NCBI GenBank assembly: GCA_041937175.2
Contig: CP166613.1
Coordinates: 1 to 15,919, forward strand
Length of the DNA: 15,919 bases
Direction: 5' to 3'
Origin: Limnothrix sp. BL-A-16
GTDB lineage: Bacteria; Cyanobacteriota; Cyanobacteriia; CACIAM-69d
Shown: one piece after another, positions 1 to 9,394 of the stretch
Numbering within the stretch: position 1 is the stretch's first letter
How the letters are laid out: each line of letters starts with the position of its first letter
Position numbers and translations under genes: made by a program
The notes under the pieces: model-generated
The model's database searches: none
What the model was told of the DNA's origin: nothing
The model's input: the letters and a program-made list of their open reading frames with translations, nothing else

Positions 1-261
1 GTGGGGATGGATATGCTCTTGGATGTAGAGCGGAACCGTCGGCACTTCTAAATCTTGCCCATCCTGTTCATCTTTTCCCTTCCAGACCAATTGCGGATCG
101 AGCGACGGATCGCGGGGATAACGCATCATGGGTGGCTGCTCTGCCGTCACAAAACCGCGCAACTCTTCCGTGGGGATATTCACCCGCTGATCATCATGTT
201 TCAGATGCTCGATCGGCGTGGTGTTGTCAGAATTGCTGCTGGTCTTTTTAGAGCGAGGCAT
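1..261 (-). CDS. mod: Type III R-M Mod methyltransferase, N-terminal 87 aa (continues across the circular junction at 15919)
   Basis: Hand translation from ATG at 261: MPRSKKTSSNSDNTTPIEHLKHDDQRVNIPTEELRGFVTAEQPPMMRYPRDPSLDPQLVWKGKDEQDGQDLEVPTVPLYIQEHIHPH. There is no stop before position 1. DPQLVWKGKD...VPLYIQE.IHP is the N-terminal block I recognise from this Mod subfamily. It is absent from the ORF track. Confidence 0.92.
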   Translation of the reverse strand, partial: MPRSKKTSSNSDNTTPIEHLKHDDQRVNIPTEELRGFVTAEQPPMMRYPRDPSLDPQLVWKGKDEQDGQDLEVPTVPLYIQEHIHPH

Positions 262-298
262 GAGCTTTTATAAATAGCGGGTCAAACAGAAAACTCAA

Positions 299-943
299 TC
301 AATTTTCAGCTTGTTTAGCACTAGCAGCAAAGACAACATCCTCATAGACCGTTGCCAAGCTACAGCTAAAATCTAAACTCTTGAATGGAACAATAATCTT
401 AGACAAATCCATCGGGTCTTGATCAAATTCAATCCCATCAATCTGATTTTCTTGGGGGCTATAACTTTCAAAATCCCAACGTTTCGACTCTCGATGAAAA
501 TAGCAATCAATCGCAGGGCGATCGCTCGCAATCAAAATATACTCCTGCAATGACTCCAATCGCCGATATTGCCGAAATTTTTCAGAATAATCAAACGATT
601 GGGTCGATGGTGACAAAACCTCAATAATTAGACAGGGATGCCGCAAACCTTGAATCGCATCAAAATCCCGTGAATCACAGGTCACAACCAAGTCAGGATA
701 GAAAAACGGCCCCTTTTCGCTAACAAAGACCCTGGCATCACTGCCATAGAGACGGCAGTTTTTTTGCCGCATATGATTACGCAAGACCGCCACAAGGTTA
801 ATCGCGATCGCATTATGAGGCAACGTGCCTCCAGACATTGCGTAGGCTTGCCCATCCAAATATTCATAGCGCTGAGATTGTTGTACTTCCCAGACTAGAA
901 ATTCTTCTGGAGAAAGATAATTTTGATCAGAAAGAGCAATCAT
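299..943 (-). CDS. Uma2 family (PD-(D/E)xK-like) putative endonuclease
   Basis: Motifs RYEYLDGQAYAMSGGT..HNAI, FFYPDLVVTCD, PCLIIEVLSPST...D..EKF..YR..SLQEYILI. It lies between res and mod on the same strand with 23-bp and 37-bp gaps. Confidence 0.92.
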   Translation of the reverse strand: MIALSDQNYLSPEEFLVWEVQQSQRYEYLDGQAYAMSGGTLPHNAIAINLVAVLRNHMRQKNCRLYGSDARVFVSEKGPFFYPDLVVTCDSRDFDAIQGLRHPCLIIEVLSPSTQSFDYSEKFRQYRRLESLQEYILIASDRPAIDCYFHRESKRWDFESYSPQENQIDGIEFDQDPMDLSKIIVPFKSLDFSCSLATVYEDVVFAASAKQAEN

Positions 944-966
944 AAATTCACTCCATAATAGCCAAA

Positions 967-3900
967 CTAACGAATCGCAATGGTAGGACGGCCCGCGATC
1001 GCGTTGCGTAACCGTTCAGGCGTGACATTGTAGGGATCAATCACTTCCACAAACGCCCAACGACCAAAGCCCCCATGCTGGTTAATTGCCTTCACCCAAT
1101 ACTTACGAGCATAGAGAGTTTTAGAAGCTTTTGTAGGATCAGGTTTTCCCGAAACTTCCAAGATCAAATTTAACGGATCTTGCAGGTTCCCATCATTCCA
1201 CCGAATCAAAAAATCAGGAATATAATTGCGTTGCCGACCGTCAATAACATAGGGAATTGAAAACCCTAAATTCTGGTTTTTGACATAGCAAATGACTTCA
1301 TCACACTCGGTTTCCAGCACTTGCGCGATCTTTTGCTCCCAGCTATCCGTATCGGCAACCATGTGGGAAATATGACATTTTTCACGACGAGTTGTATAGG
1401 TCGATCGCGTCGTGAAAAAGTCCACCCCGTGAGTGCTGCCAGTCACATTATCCGGCGGCAAAATTGGCTTTATAAACTGATTTGAATCGCCCCGCACAAT
1501 CGCCTGATAGATCGCATCCGAGGCGCTGTAGGCATTTTCGGTTAACAGCAGCATTTGCGGATAGGTTCCCGCTTTGCACTCCAAGCACCGTTCCAGCCAC
1601 TGTTTGGTGATGCTCAAAATCTGGGGAAACAGCCACGCTTGCACATCTGGCTCAAACTCATGCTGTTTGGGGCGATCACGCTTCTGGCTGCCATCCACCC
1701 GGTAATAGCGCTCTAACACCAACTTAGCCAGCAAAAACACCACCTCTTGTTCCCGGCGTTCCTTCAGATCATCTAACCGGTGAATACTCGATTCCCCCAC
1801 AATCGGCGCGTTTTCTACCATCGTTGGGATATCGCCCGTCGTCAAAGAAAAACTTTTATCTATGAGAAAAGCCTTTAGATTGTCCTGTCTGCTTTCCAGG
1901 CGATAGCCCAACACACGGGGAAAGGAAATGGCGAGATCGGCCCGCTCTTCCAAGGCTCTCACCCGAATAGCCGCCTTGATCGTAGGTGGTTGCGTTCCTG
2001 ATGCAGCACAGGGAATAAAGGCAAACGGTACGCCATAAACCTCGGCATACTCTGGGGCAAAACCATCAAAGGTGATGGACTGGTCATTAACCGTGATCGT
2101 GCGGGGTTCCACAGCATAGCTAATCCGTCGCAAACCACGGCCCACCACTTGCTCGCACAGCAGTTGTGACCCAAAAGCCCGCACGCCCAAAATATGCGTC
2201 ACGGTGTTTGCGTCCCACCCCTCTGTCAGCATCGAAACCGACACCACACACCGAATTTGCTCGCCTAACTTGCCTGCCTTGCCCACGGTGTTCATGGCTT
2301 CTCGCAGCAAGTCAGCATCGGTCAATTTGTCAGGATCGGAACCGGGGAACCGATCGCGATATTCCTTCTTAAATTCCTCAATTTCCCCCTCTGCGATTTT
2401 CCGAAAATCAGCGCTCAGTCCCTCACCCGATTCCAATTGCTCGCTATCAATCAGCAGGGTTTTGGGCCGGGCTGACCAGCGCCCATCGGCCACATTGCTG
2501 AATAGGGGCAGCTCCCCTGGGGCCAAAATCGGATCGCCGGTGGGGGTAACTTTGCCCGTTTCGCGCCCGGCCACAAAGTCATAGACCAGCTTGGAAACGG
2601 TCGTGTTGTTGCACACCACAATGAACACCGGCGGCGTTTGGCCATTGGCGATCGCCTCGGAATCATTAGCCCAATCCTTAAAGCTCTTTTCGTAGTTGCT
2701 GTAGAGACTGCGAAGCGCCCCCTCTAGTTCTTTGGGGATCGTGATCGCCCGATCCTCGATCGCCTGCTGTGATTCCTTAGCCGCCCGCCCTTTTTTGGGC
2801 AAGGCTTCTCGCACGATCGGCCAAATATGGCGATAGATCGGCAGCTCCCCCCGTTGGCGATCGTCATCGATCGGCACGCGGGGAATTTTCACGATGCCGC
2901 TCTCGATCGCCTCAATCAGCGAAAAATCCGACACCACCCAGGGGAACAAGTCACCCTCGGGATAGCCTGACCCCTTCAGGAAAAACGGCGTGGCTGATAG
3001 GTCATAGATCGCCAAAATTCCCACTTTTTGGGCGATCGCCTCCAAACCTGAAATCCACAGGCTGGCCGATTCGCTGTTGCGCTTGGCTTCCGTCAGATCA
3101 TCGCCCTTGTACTTCTGCTGAGAGGCGCGATCGGGGTTGGGGCGATAGCAGTGGTGGGCTTCATCGTTCAGAACAATGATTTGCCGCTTGTTCCCAAAAT
3201 CCCGACAGACCCGGGCCGCCATCTGGTCTGGGGTTTCCTTAAAAGCATCTACATCGGGATTCGCCGTGCGTTTCGTGAATGCGGCCGCCTTCTCCATGCG
3301 CGGATCGGCCGTCTCTTTCAGCTTGAAGCCGTGATAGTTGGTGATCACGATTTTGGCGCGATCGAGCTGGGGCCGTAGGTCGATCGGCACCAAATCCAGC
3401 GCTTGGTAGTAGTTGCCAGAATCATTGGGCTTCAGGACTCGCAGGCGATCGCGGATCGTCAGACCAGGGGCCACCACCAGAAATGCATCGGTATAGCGCT
3501 TGAGTCTGGGGTTAGCGGCCTTGTTTAACACCTGCCAAGCCACAATCATCGACATCACCACCGTTTTGCCCGTGCCGGTGGCCATCTTCAGGGCCATGCG
3601 CAGCGCAGGCAGCAAATCGGGGTTATGGTTTTCCGCTGCTGATTTCAGCCGCTCCAAAATCCGATGATCATTGCCGCTAGGGGCCACCTCTGTCAGATAA
3701 ATCAGGGTTTCCAGCGCCTCGATCTGACAGAAAAATAGGCGACGCTCGCGATCAGTCCGCTGCCAATGCTCTAGCAGCCGCCGGGATGTGGCTGTTGCAC
3801 CCCGGTAATCATCCCGTCGCCACAAAGTCAGGCGCGATCGAATTTCGTTAACCAGGTCGTTTTTCTGGGATTTTTCCCGAATCGCCTCAATACCCAACTC

Positions 3901-4071
3901 CAATTGCGCTGATTTGCGCCTTGGGGCCGGAACGGGTACGAAATACTGGCTTTCCCGGCGCTCGGGATGGATCTCCCCTGTAATCCCTTCATCATCGAAA
4001 TGAAAATGGCGCTGCGGCTCTTCAAAAGCCGACGTGATCACCGGATTTTCGATAATGACAGGACGGGGCAT
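967..4071 (-). CDS. res: Type III restriction enzyme Res subunit (SF2 helicase plus C-terminal nuclease; BPTD_3080-like)
   Basis: LFFCQIEALET, Walker A MATGTGKT, Walker B DEAHHCY, SATP, MLTEGWDANTV, QVVGRGLR, and C-terminal YIPDFLIR...LILEVSG nuclease motif. Confidence 0.93.
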   Translation of the reverse strand: MPRPVIIENPVITSAFEEPQRHFHFDDEGITGEIHPERRESQYFVPVPAPRRKSAQLELGIEAIREKSQKNDLVNEIRSRLTLWRRDDYRGATATSRRLLEHWQRTDRERRLFFCQIEALETLIYLTEVAPSGNDHRILERLKSAAENHNPDLLPALRMALKMATGTGKTVVMSMIVAWQVLNKAANPRLKRYTDAFLVVAPGLTIRDRLRVLKPNDSGNYYQALDLVPIDLRPQLDRAKIVITNYHGFKLKETADPRMEKAAAFTKRTANPDVDAFKETPDQMAARVCRDFGNKRQIIVLNDEAHHCYRPNPDRASQQKYKGDDLTEAKRNSESASLWISGLEAIAQKVGILAIYDLSATPFFLKGSGYPEGDLFPWVVSDFSLIEAIESGIVKIPRVPIDDDRQRGELPIYRHIWPIVREALPKKGRAAKESQQAIEDRAITIPKELEGALRSLYSNYEKSFKDWANDSEAIANGQTPPVFIVVCNNTTVSKLVYDFVAGRETGKVTPTGDPILAPGELPLFSNVADGRWSARPKTLLIDSEQLESGEGLSADFRKIAEGEIEEFKKEYRDRFPGSDPDKLTDADLLREAMNTVGKAGKLGEQIRCVVSVSMLTEGWDANTVTHILGVRAFGSQLLCEQVVGRGLRRISYAVEPRTITVNDQSITFDGFAPEYAEVYGVPFAFIPCAASGTQPPTIKAAIRVRALEERADLAISFPRVLGYRLESRQDNLKAFLIDKSFSLTTGDIPTMVENAPIVGESSIHRLDDLKERREQEVVFLLAKLVLERYYRVDGSQKRDRPKQHEFEPDVQAWLFPQILSITKQWLERCLECKAGTYPQMLLLTENAYSASDAIYQAIVRGDSNQFIKPILPPDNVTGSTHGVDFFTTRSTYTTRREKCHISHMVADTDSWEQKIAQVLETECDEVICYVKNQNLGFSIPYVIDGRQRNYIPDFLIRWNDGNLQDPLNLILEVSGKPDPTKASKTLYARKYWVKAINQHGGFGRWAFVEVIDPYNVTPERLRNAIAGRPTIAIR

Positions 4072-4315
4072 GGACGGACATAAGCATTTTTCTAACTAAT
4101 CTTGCCTTGAAAAGCTCCCATTCATCACTCCCACCTGATGGCTAATCCACAGATTTCCCCTACCCCCCAAAAGCCCAGAAAACAACGGAATAAAGAGATC
4201 GGAGAGCTTACACCTATTTTTCTGCGATCGCGCGCGTTCCGGTGGGGTTGCACTTTGCGTATAACCCACAATCCCCACAATTCAGCGAGAGATTAGTGGG
4301 ATTGCCACGCGGAGG

Positions 4316-4340
4316 CTAACCGATCACCTCGATCGGTTGG
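4316..4340. terminator. Hairpin downstream of the replication gene (possible terminator)
   Basis: AACCGATC-ACCTC-GATCGGTT inverted repeat about 20 bp past the rep stop codon. There is no clear U-tract. Confidence 0.3.
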
Positions 4341-4359
4341 ATGAAGGGGGCGCGGTTGG

Positions 4360-7300
4360 CTACCAATGCCTATGGACTGCAATCCTGGCTAACTCTCGAT
4401 CGTCCAGATGCTCGATCGCCCGGTTACCTGTAACCCTGGCTCGGCCGTAGATGGCCACCTGTGCTTCAAGCCATTCCACCAGGCTCGATCGATCAACGAT
4501 CGCGTGCAATGCCCTGCGTTCACGCGCCGGTAACGCTTCAATCGCTTGCGCCGTAACTGTTTCACCCGATTCGATATAGGATTGGGCCAGTTGCGCTCTC
4601 GCCTCATCTGGGGCGATCGTGCCGTCCAGTAGATCAATGGACAGTTGCTTCAGGGTTTCAGCCAGAGCCTTTGCTTCAGGGGGTAAATCCTCAAGTTTCC
4701 ATTTGTTACTAAGGCTGCTAAATAACATTTGGAAACTTCCAATCGCATCACGGAAAGTCTTACCCGTTACTGCTTTCACGGCTTTAGAGACGGTTGACTT
4801 AACGATCGAGAGCTTGGCTGCTACCCCGGCTAGGGTGGGCTTGATGCCGTCCACAATTTCTTGCGCGATCGTCTCCATAACCCGCTTCTCAGTTTGGCTA
4901 CCCTTAGGCGCGGCCTCAGGGCAAAACTGATGGATCGTCTGGGTTTCAAATGCAGCCCCAGGGAAGTAGTCCAGCACCCCATCGATTAGCCACTGAGGCC
5001 AGTCACTAGCCAGGTAAACCACTTTCTCGCTGTTCCCGTGTTGGCTACGCAACCGGGCGATCGTCTGGACGGCTTCTTTGATCACTTGCGCGCGTAACCA
5101 CCGGCAATAGCGACGATGGCCCCGAACGTTGGTGGCCTCAAAATCCCAACGCCCCAGTGGATCTTCCACCGGCTCACCGGTTCGCACCTCGTAGATGGAG
5201 GCCATGGCTATCAGGTTAGGCGTGGGGCGGCCGATCATCAGCAAGGCTTGGCAGTTGCGATAGTCGTTTGATTTACGGCTGTCACGGAAGTAGGCCCCCT
5301 CGATCCCATGGCCCGTCAGGTGGGCCAGCTTATCGAATGTGGCTACGGGTTCCCCAGGGTGTAAGGCTTGCACCTGTTGGCGCAAGATTTTGTCCCTTTG
5401 CCCCGCGCAAAATTCCGAATCATCCCGCCGCTTGGCTCCAAAGTTGCCGGCCCCCGTGATGCTGTCGATTTTGAGCTTGCCTGCATAGTTTGAGCGGATG
5501 GCCTGAATTTCCACAATCGAATCGGCTGCCCATCCAAACCGGTGGGCCGTTTCCTTCAACTTGCCCGTGGCATCTGCCAACAGGACAAAATCAGCCCTGT
5601 TGAGCTTTTTGACCATCGAGCGATCTCGTGTGGTGATGGTCAGACCGTAGGTATCGGCTGCGATCGATGTTCCCGATTTTGGAGAGCTAAAGGCAATTTG
5701 CAGCAAGTCACCGATCGCCCGCACTGATTTGGCATCGTTGATCGCAGCCTTAGCCATCGCAGGGCTAGCGGCTCGATCGCCTAACTCTCTCAGGGTGTCG
5801 AGTGGATTACCCCCCAAGCGCCCAATAAACTCAGCAAGGTTTCGGGGGAAGCGTGAGCAGTGCAGGAAACGAGTTGGGGAGACTTGCGCTTTGAGTTTGG
5901 CAGGGTTTTTAGGATCGCTGGGCAGCAACAAATCGGTTGGATTCCCCTCGATCGCTCCAAACATCCCTAGGTAAACCATGTGGGACTGGCCTAGAACCCG
6001 GTTAAACCGTGCTACAGCTCCCCCATCACCCCAGGGGTCAAACATTCCCTCAGGCCCCAAGGGTAAGGCTCCTAAGAATGTTGCGCGGGTATCCAAGGGG
6101 TCTAGCCCGTGTTTCGACTTGCCAGCCAGGGCCGTGAGCCGGTCTTGCGCCGATCGCACCCCGTCGGCCATCAGTCCCTCGTAAAGAGTTGGGGCGATCG
6201 TTTGCATTCGCCCCCATTCCTGATTGGGGTAGTCTGTGTTGCGCGTCCGTTCGGTAACGATCGTTCGGTCGGATTCATCCGCCGCTATCACATCGCCATC
6301 AGCCACCGGTACAGCAGCAGGGTGGCCGATCCATGCACCCCCGTCTTGCGCTTGCTTCACTTGCTCGGTTACTGGGCAAGACCAGCCGCCCTTGTGTTCC
6401 CTAAAGGACGGGCAAGCCGCACAGACGGGGTTCTCAGTCCCGATCGGGGCATTCACCCCCTCCTGGCTAAGGAGCTGGTGAATTGTTGCTGACGGGCAAT
6501 TCGCAGGCTCAAAAAGCTCATCCTCTGGGGTGTTTGAGCCTGCTACCCTGACTTTCCCCTCTCGGGTGATCACTAGCCCCCCATGTTTTGAAGGGTAGGG
6601 GGTGAGCGCTGCGGTGGTGTCTGTGGACGGGTTGCGATGGTCGGGATCGAGCAAGATGGCCCGCGCCCGCTTGCCCGCTTCATCAGGGTGATCGGTTTGG
6701 GCGATCGCATAGTCGCGATCGATTTCGGTCTGAACTTCGATCAAATATTCCCCGATCGTGTGGGTTTTGCCGCCCCCCGCTTCTGAGGTGTCGATCGCCC
6801 GCTTATATCCCTTGCGCCGCAATTCTGACCACAGGGCATCACGATCCTGGGGCTGGTAGCAAATCTTGGGGCGATCCATTCGTTGCCACAGTTCAGAGCT
6901 TGGCAAGCAACCGGGCTGATAGATGATGGTGGCTGCGATCCGAGGCCATGCCCATGACCATTGCCCGCGGCCCGTGGCTGCATAGCTTGAGTGGTAGAGG
7001 ACGATCGCCCCATCTTTGGGAGCAATGGCCTTGGCCCCAGGCGCTGGCTTAAATCCAACGGGTTTGGAGCGCTTGGGATTGAGATCATCCTTGGTTACGA
7101 TCCGCCGATCCGCTGCCAACAGCCGATCGGTGGGCACTTCGTCAGGATCGAGCTTATCGGCCTTAGCCGATCGCCATTGCCCCCAATCGGCCACCCGCGC
7201 CGCTGGGAACAGCTCTAGGCACTTGAAAATCTGTGTGGCAACGTCCGATTGCTCTTTCCTGGGTAGCCCCGGGATTGGCTTGGGTGGGTTGGCCCATCCC

Positions 7301-8178
7301 GCGTCTGGTAGCAGGGTGATTTCACAGGGGGTGAACCGATCGACGATCGCCCGCAAGTAGTTGGGGGATGATGCCCAGTTGCAACCACCGGCCCCAACCA
7401 CGATCACGTCCAGATGCCCCGCTTCCCAAGCCTGTAGCGCGGTGATTAGGGGTTTTAGGTAGGCTTCAGTGATCCAAAGTCTGGGGCGGCGATCGAGGGG
7501 GCGATCGGGGTGTTGGAACACGGGTAAGGGCATCTCCCCGTCTAATTCCCCGTTGCCGCTTGCCAGATAGCGATACTTGCCCCCGTCAGCAGGCAACCGA
7601 TCGGGCCGCACCTGATGCAACACCAATCGCCCCTCAAGGTCTGGGGCGGCGATCGCTAGCCCTTCGTTGATGCCAGTCTCGATCGCCCCATGCCAACTTC
7701 TCACCAGCCCTGGGATGTTGTCTGGGGCACGATGGGCAGCCGTGCCCTTAACCCAGGTTTTCAGCCAGCCCTGAGACTCTGCTAGGTCGATTTGCTGGTC
7801 ATTCAACCCGCGCCGGTGCAATTCAGCCCGGTGGCGTTGGGCTAGCCGCTGGTTGGGTAGCAGGGCACGGAACACGCGATCGCGTTGATCGGCCGTGGTG
7901 AGCTTCCGCCGGGCCTCAGCTTCCTTGGCCAGTCGATCGGCCCGGTTAGCTTCAATTGCGGCCCAATCCCGTTCGGTGCGATCGCCCTTGCCCTCTACGA
8001 ACTTGGCAAAACCATGCGCGTCATCACCGATATAGCCCCAGCCGATCGGGGCGGAAACCTTACCCCGGCAATGGACTTGCAAGCGCCCATCATCACGCTT
8101 AAAGCCCCGGCACTCTTTCGATGCGCCGTTGCAGATAGGGCAATTGCCACGGTTGTAGCGAATCCATTTGGGGGCCAT
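4360..8178 (-). CDS. Putative plasmid replication protein: Zn finger + TOPRIM-like primase + SF2 helicase with Cys cluster + C-terminal HTH
   Basis: N-terminal CPIC..C..HC. TOPRIM-like WITEAYLKP...LLPDAG...DPDE. Walker A SEAGGGKTH, Cys cluster C..CAAC..C, Walker B ADES, motif III-like LADAT, motif VI-like QTIARLR. HTH-like PTLAGVAAKLSIVKSTVSKAV. Confidence 0.78.
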   Translation of the reverse strand: MAPKWIRYNRGNCPICNGASKECRGFKRDDGRLQVHCRGKVSAPIGWGYIGDDAHGFAKFVEGKGDRTERDWAAIEANRADRLAKEAEARRKLTTADQRDRVFRALLPNQRLAQRHRAELHRRGLNDQQIDLAESQGWLKTWVKGTAAHRAPDNIPGLVRSWHGAIETGINEGLAIAAPDLEGRLVLHQVRPDRLPADGGKYRYLASGNGELDGEMPLPVFQHPDRPLDRRPRLWITEAYLKPLITALQAWEAGHLDVIVVGAGGCNWASSPNYLRAIVDRFTPCEITLLPDAGWANPPKPIPGLPRKEQSDVATQIFKCLELFPAARVADWGQWRSAKADKLDPDEVPTDRLLAADRRIVTKDDLNPKRSKPVGFKPAPGAKAIAPKDGAIVLYHSSYAATGRGQWSWAWPRIAATIIYQPGCLPSSELWQRMDRPKICYQPQDRDALWSELRRKGYKRAIDTSEAGGGKTHTIGEYLIEVQTEIDRDYAIAQTDHPDEAGKRARAILLDPDHRNPSTDTTAALTPYPSKHGGLVITREGKVRVAGSNTPEDELFEPANCPSATIHQLLSQEGVNAPIGTENPVCAACPSFREHKGGWSCPVTEQVKQAQDGGAWIGHPAAVPVADGDVIAADESDRTIVTERTRNTDYPNQEWGRMQTIAPTLYEGLMADGVRSAQDRLTALAGKSKHGLDPLDTRATFLGALPLGPEGMFDPWGDGGAVARFNRVLGQSHMVYLGMFGAIEGNPTDLLLPSDPKNPAKLKAQVSPTRFLHCSRFPRNLAEFIGRLGGNPLDTLRELGDRAASPAMAKAAINDAKSVRAIGDLLQIAFSSPKSGTSIAADTYGLTITTRDRSMVKKLNRADFVLLADATGKLKETAHRFGWAADSIVEIQAIRSNYAGKLKIDSITGAGNFGAKRRDDSEFCAGQRDKILRQQVQALHPGEPVATFDKLAHLTGHGIEGAYFRDSRKSNDYRNCQALLMIGRPTPNLIAMASIYEVRTGEPVEDPLGRWDFEATNVRGHRRYCRWLRAQVIKEAVQTIARLRSQHGNSEKVVYLASDWPQWLIDGVLDYFPGAAFETQTIHQFCPEAAPKGSQTEKRVMETIAQEIVDGIKPTLAGVAAKLSIVKSTVSKAVKAVTGKTFRDAIGSFQMLFSSLSNKWKLEDLPPEAKALAETLKQLSIDLLDGTIAPDEARAQLAQSYIESGETVTAQAIEALPARERRALHAIVDRSSLVEWLEAQVAIYGRARVTGNRAIEHLDDRELARIAVHRHW

Positions 8179-8546
8179 TACCGCGCACCCCCTACCCGGG
8201 TCAACTGTGCCTCACGGACGCGCTCCTTAGCCGCCTTGATCGCCGGGCTGGTGATCACCCGTTGCCAACCGCATTGGCAGTGATAGCCCCAGAGCTGAGC
8301 TGATCCGCCCCAGGGCCGCCCGCCCGTCCACTTCCAACAACGGGGGCAGGGGCGATCAGGTATTAACTCCCTGAATCTCCCTGTATTTAGTGGGGATTCC
8401 AGTATTAGGCTATAATTAATGGGATAGCCGCCCTGAAACTGGCTTGGTGAGAGGTTTTCAGCGCCGCTATAGATATCGTTACAAAGGGCTGCTAGACTGG
8501 TACTACACATGAACAGTGCCTTGCGCTTAATGGCGCGGGTGGCCAT
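8178..8546 (-). CDS. Hypothetical protein with C-terminal Zn-ribbon-like motif, coupled to rep
   Basis: CPRC...CQC motif. Its stop overlaps the rep start (TAATG at 8180-8176). The true start is uncertain. Confidence 0.55.
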   Translation of the reverse strand: MATRAIKRKALFMCSTSLAALCNDIYSGAENLSPSQFQGGYPINYSLILESPLNTGRFRELIPDRPCPRCWKWTGGRPWGGSAQLWGYHCQCGWQRVITSPAIKAAKERVREAQLTRVGGAR

Positions 8547-8558
8547 TCCTAAAGGCTG

Positions 8559-8593
8559 AAAACGTCACCGGTCGCCAAACTAGCAGACGTTTT
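8559..8593 (-). promoter_or_regulatory. Leader stem-loop (loop UUGGCG) just upstream of the rep operon
   Basis: AAAACGTC/GACGTTTT stem with an inner imperfect stem that pairs through G-U on the - strand. It ends 12 nt before the ATG at 8546. Confidence 0.45.
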
Positions 8594-8627
8594 TAAGCTA
8601 TAGAAATGGGTGTTTATAAAAAACTCG

Positions 8628-8661
8628 AAAGCCCCGGAAGCCTTATGCTGCCGGGGTTTTT
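8628..8661. terminator. Intrinsic terminator or attenuator-like hairpin, possibly bidirectional
   Basis: CCCCGG (8632-8637) / CCGGGG (8651-8656) stem with T-runs following on both strands. It overlaps the stop of the 57-aa RHH ORF. Confidence 0.55.
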
Positions 8662-8816
8662 GCTTGATTACTCAAGAATTGATCAAGAGCCATTAGGATT
8701 AGTTGACTCTTGGAAATCTTGAGTTCTAGAGATTTCTCACGAAGTCGTTTCTTGATTGCATCAGATGCACGGAAACTAACTGGTGGTACTCGCTTTTTTG
8801 GGGAATTGTTGTGCAT
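8643..8816 (-). CDS. CopG-like ribbon-helix-helix protein, 57 aa (not in ORF track)
   Basis: Hand translation: MHNNSPKKRVPPVSFRASDAIKKRLREKSLELKISKSQLILMALDQFLSNQAKTPAA. Beta strand VSFRA, helix A, then the S-K-S-x-L-I..AL helix B pattern. It lies upstream of rep on the same strand. Confidence 0.78.
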   Translation of the reverse strand: MHNNSPKKRVPPVSFRASDAIKKRLREKSLELKISKSQLILMALDQFLSNQAKTPAA

Positions 8817-9154
8817 AACAATTAATCCTAGAAACTGGATTGGAGCGTCGGTCGTACCTGTGGAAAATTATAGCGCACTCACTTAGTGATCGAAACCAAG
8901 TTTTCAGAGTTGGCGCTTGAAAGCCGTGATCAGTATAGATTTCTGTTGCTCAATCCCAAAGCATCCCGAAGTATCCCTAGATGAGATTCGAGATATTAAA
9001 AATGGGTACATACGCTCGCATTCAATCATCACTCAAAATTAGATCCGCAAAAGATTAGATCTTGTCTTTAGCAGTTGTAAGATGGGATCTTTTTCGCCAA
9101 TTGGCGAACCTTGGTATCAGAGGATCCAAGTCAATCTCGCTGAGTCCCGCCAAT

Positions 9155-9394
9155 CTAAGGTTGTGGCCCGGGGTGATATGCCGTGATCACGATCCGACCA
9201 TCACCGCTATGGATGGATTCGATCGGGTCATGGGTAGCGTGACCATACCAGACTTTTAGCCTTCCCCCATTGGCGGGGGCCGATCCTGTGCGGTAGTAAC
9301 CGTGATCGGCTAGCAGGGTCTCAAACTCAGAGCGGGGCATGGTGCGACGTTCGATCCGCCCAATGCCCTGTAGCTCATGCTTATCAAGGGTCAT
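9155..9394 (-). CDS. Hypothetical protein, 79 aa (MTLDKHEL...ITAYHPGPQP)
   Basis: ATG at 9394 is preceded by AAGGAG and overlaps the end of the upstream ORF. It is the last gene of a five-gene co-oriented cluster. Confidence 0.6.
   Translation of the reverse strand: MTLDKHELQGIGRIERRTMPRSEFETLLADHGYYRTGSAPANGGRLKVWYGHATHDPIESIHSGDGRIVITAYHPGPQP

Noticed and set aside
55..273. 72-aa + strand ORF
   Set aside because: It is the antisense shadow of the Mod N-terminus.
1140..1230. Res nuclease motif PD...EVS lacks the canonical lysine (possible inactive nuclease)
   Set aside because: As I recall, this position varies in the subfamily and nearby lysines could substitute. Inactivity cannot be inferred from the sequence alone.
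1448..8283. Many short ORFs inside res and rep
   Set aside because: They are alternative-frame or antisense shadows of long motif-bearing genes in GC-rich DNA.
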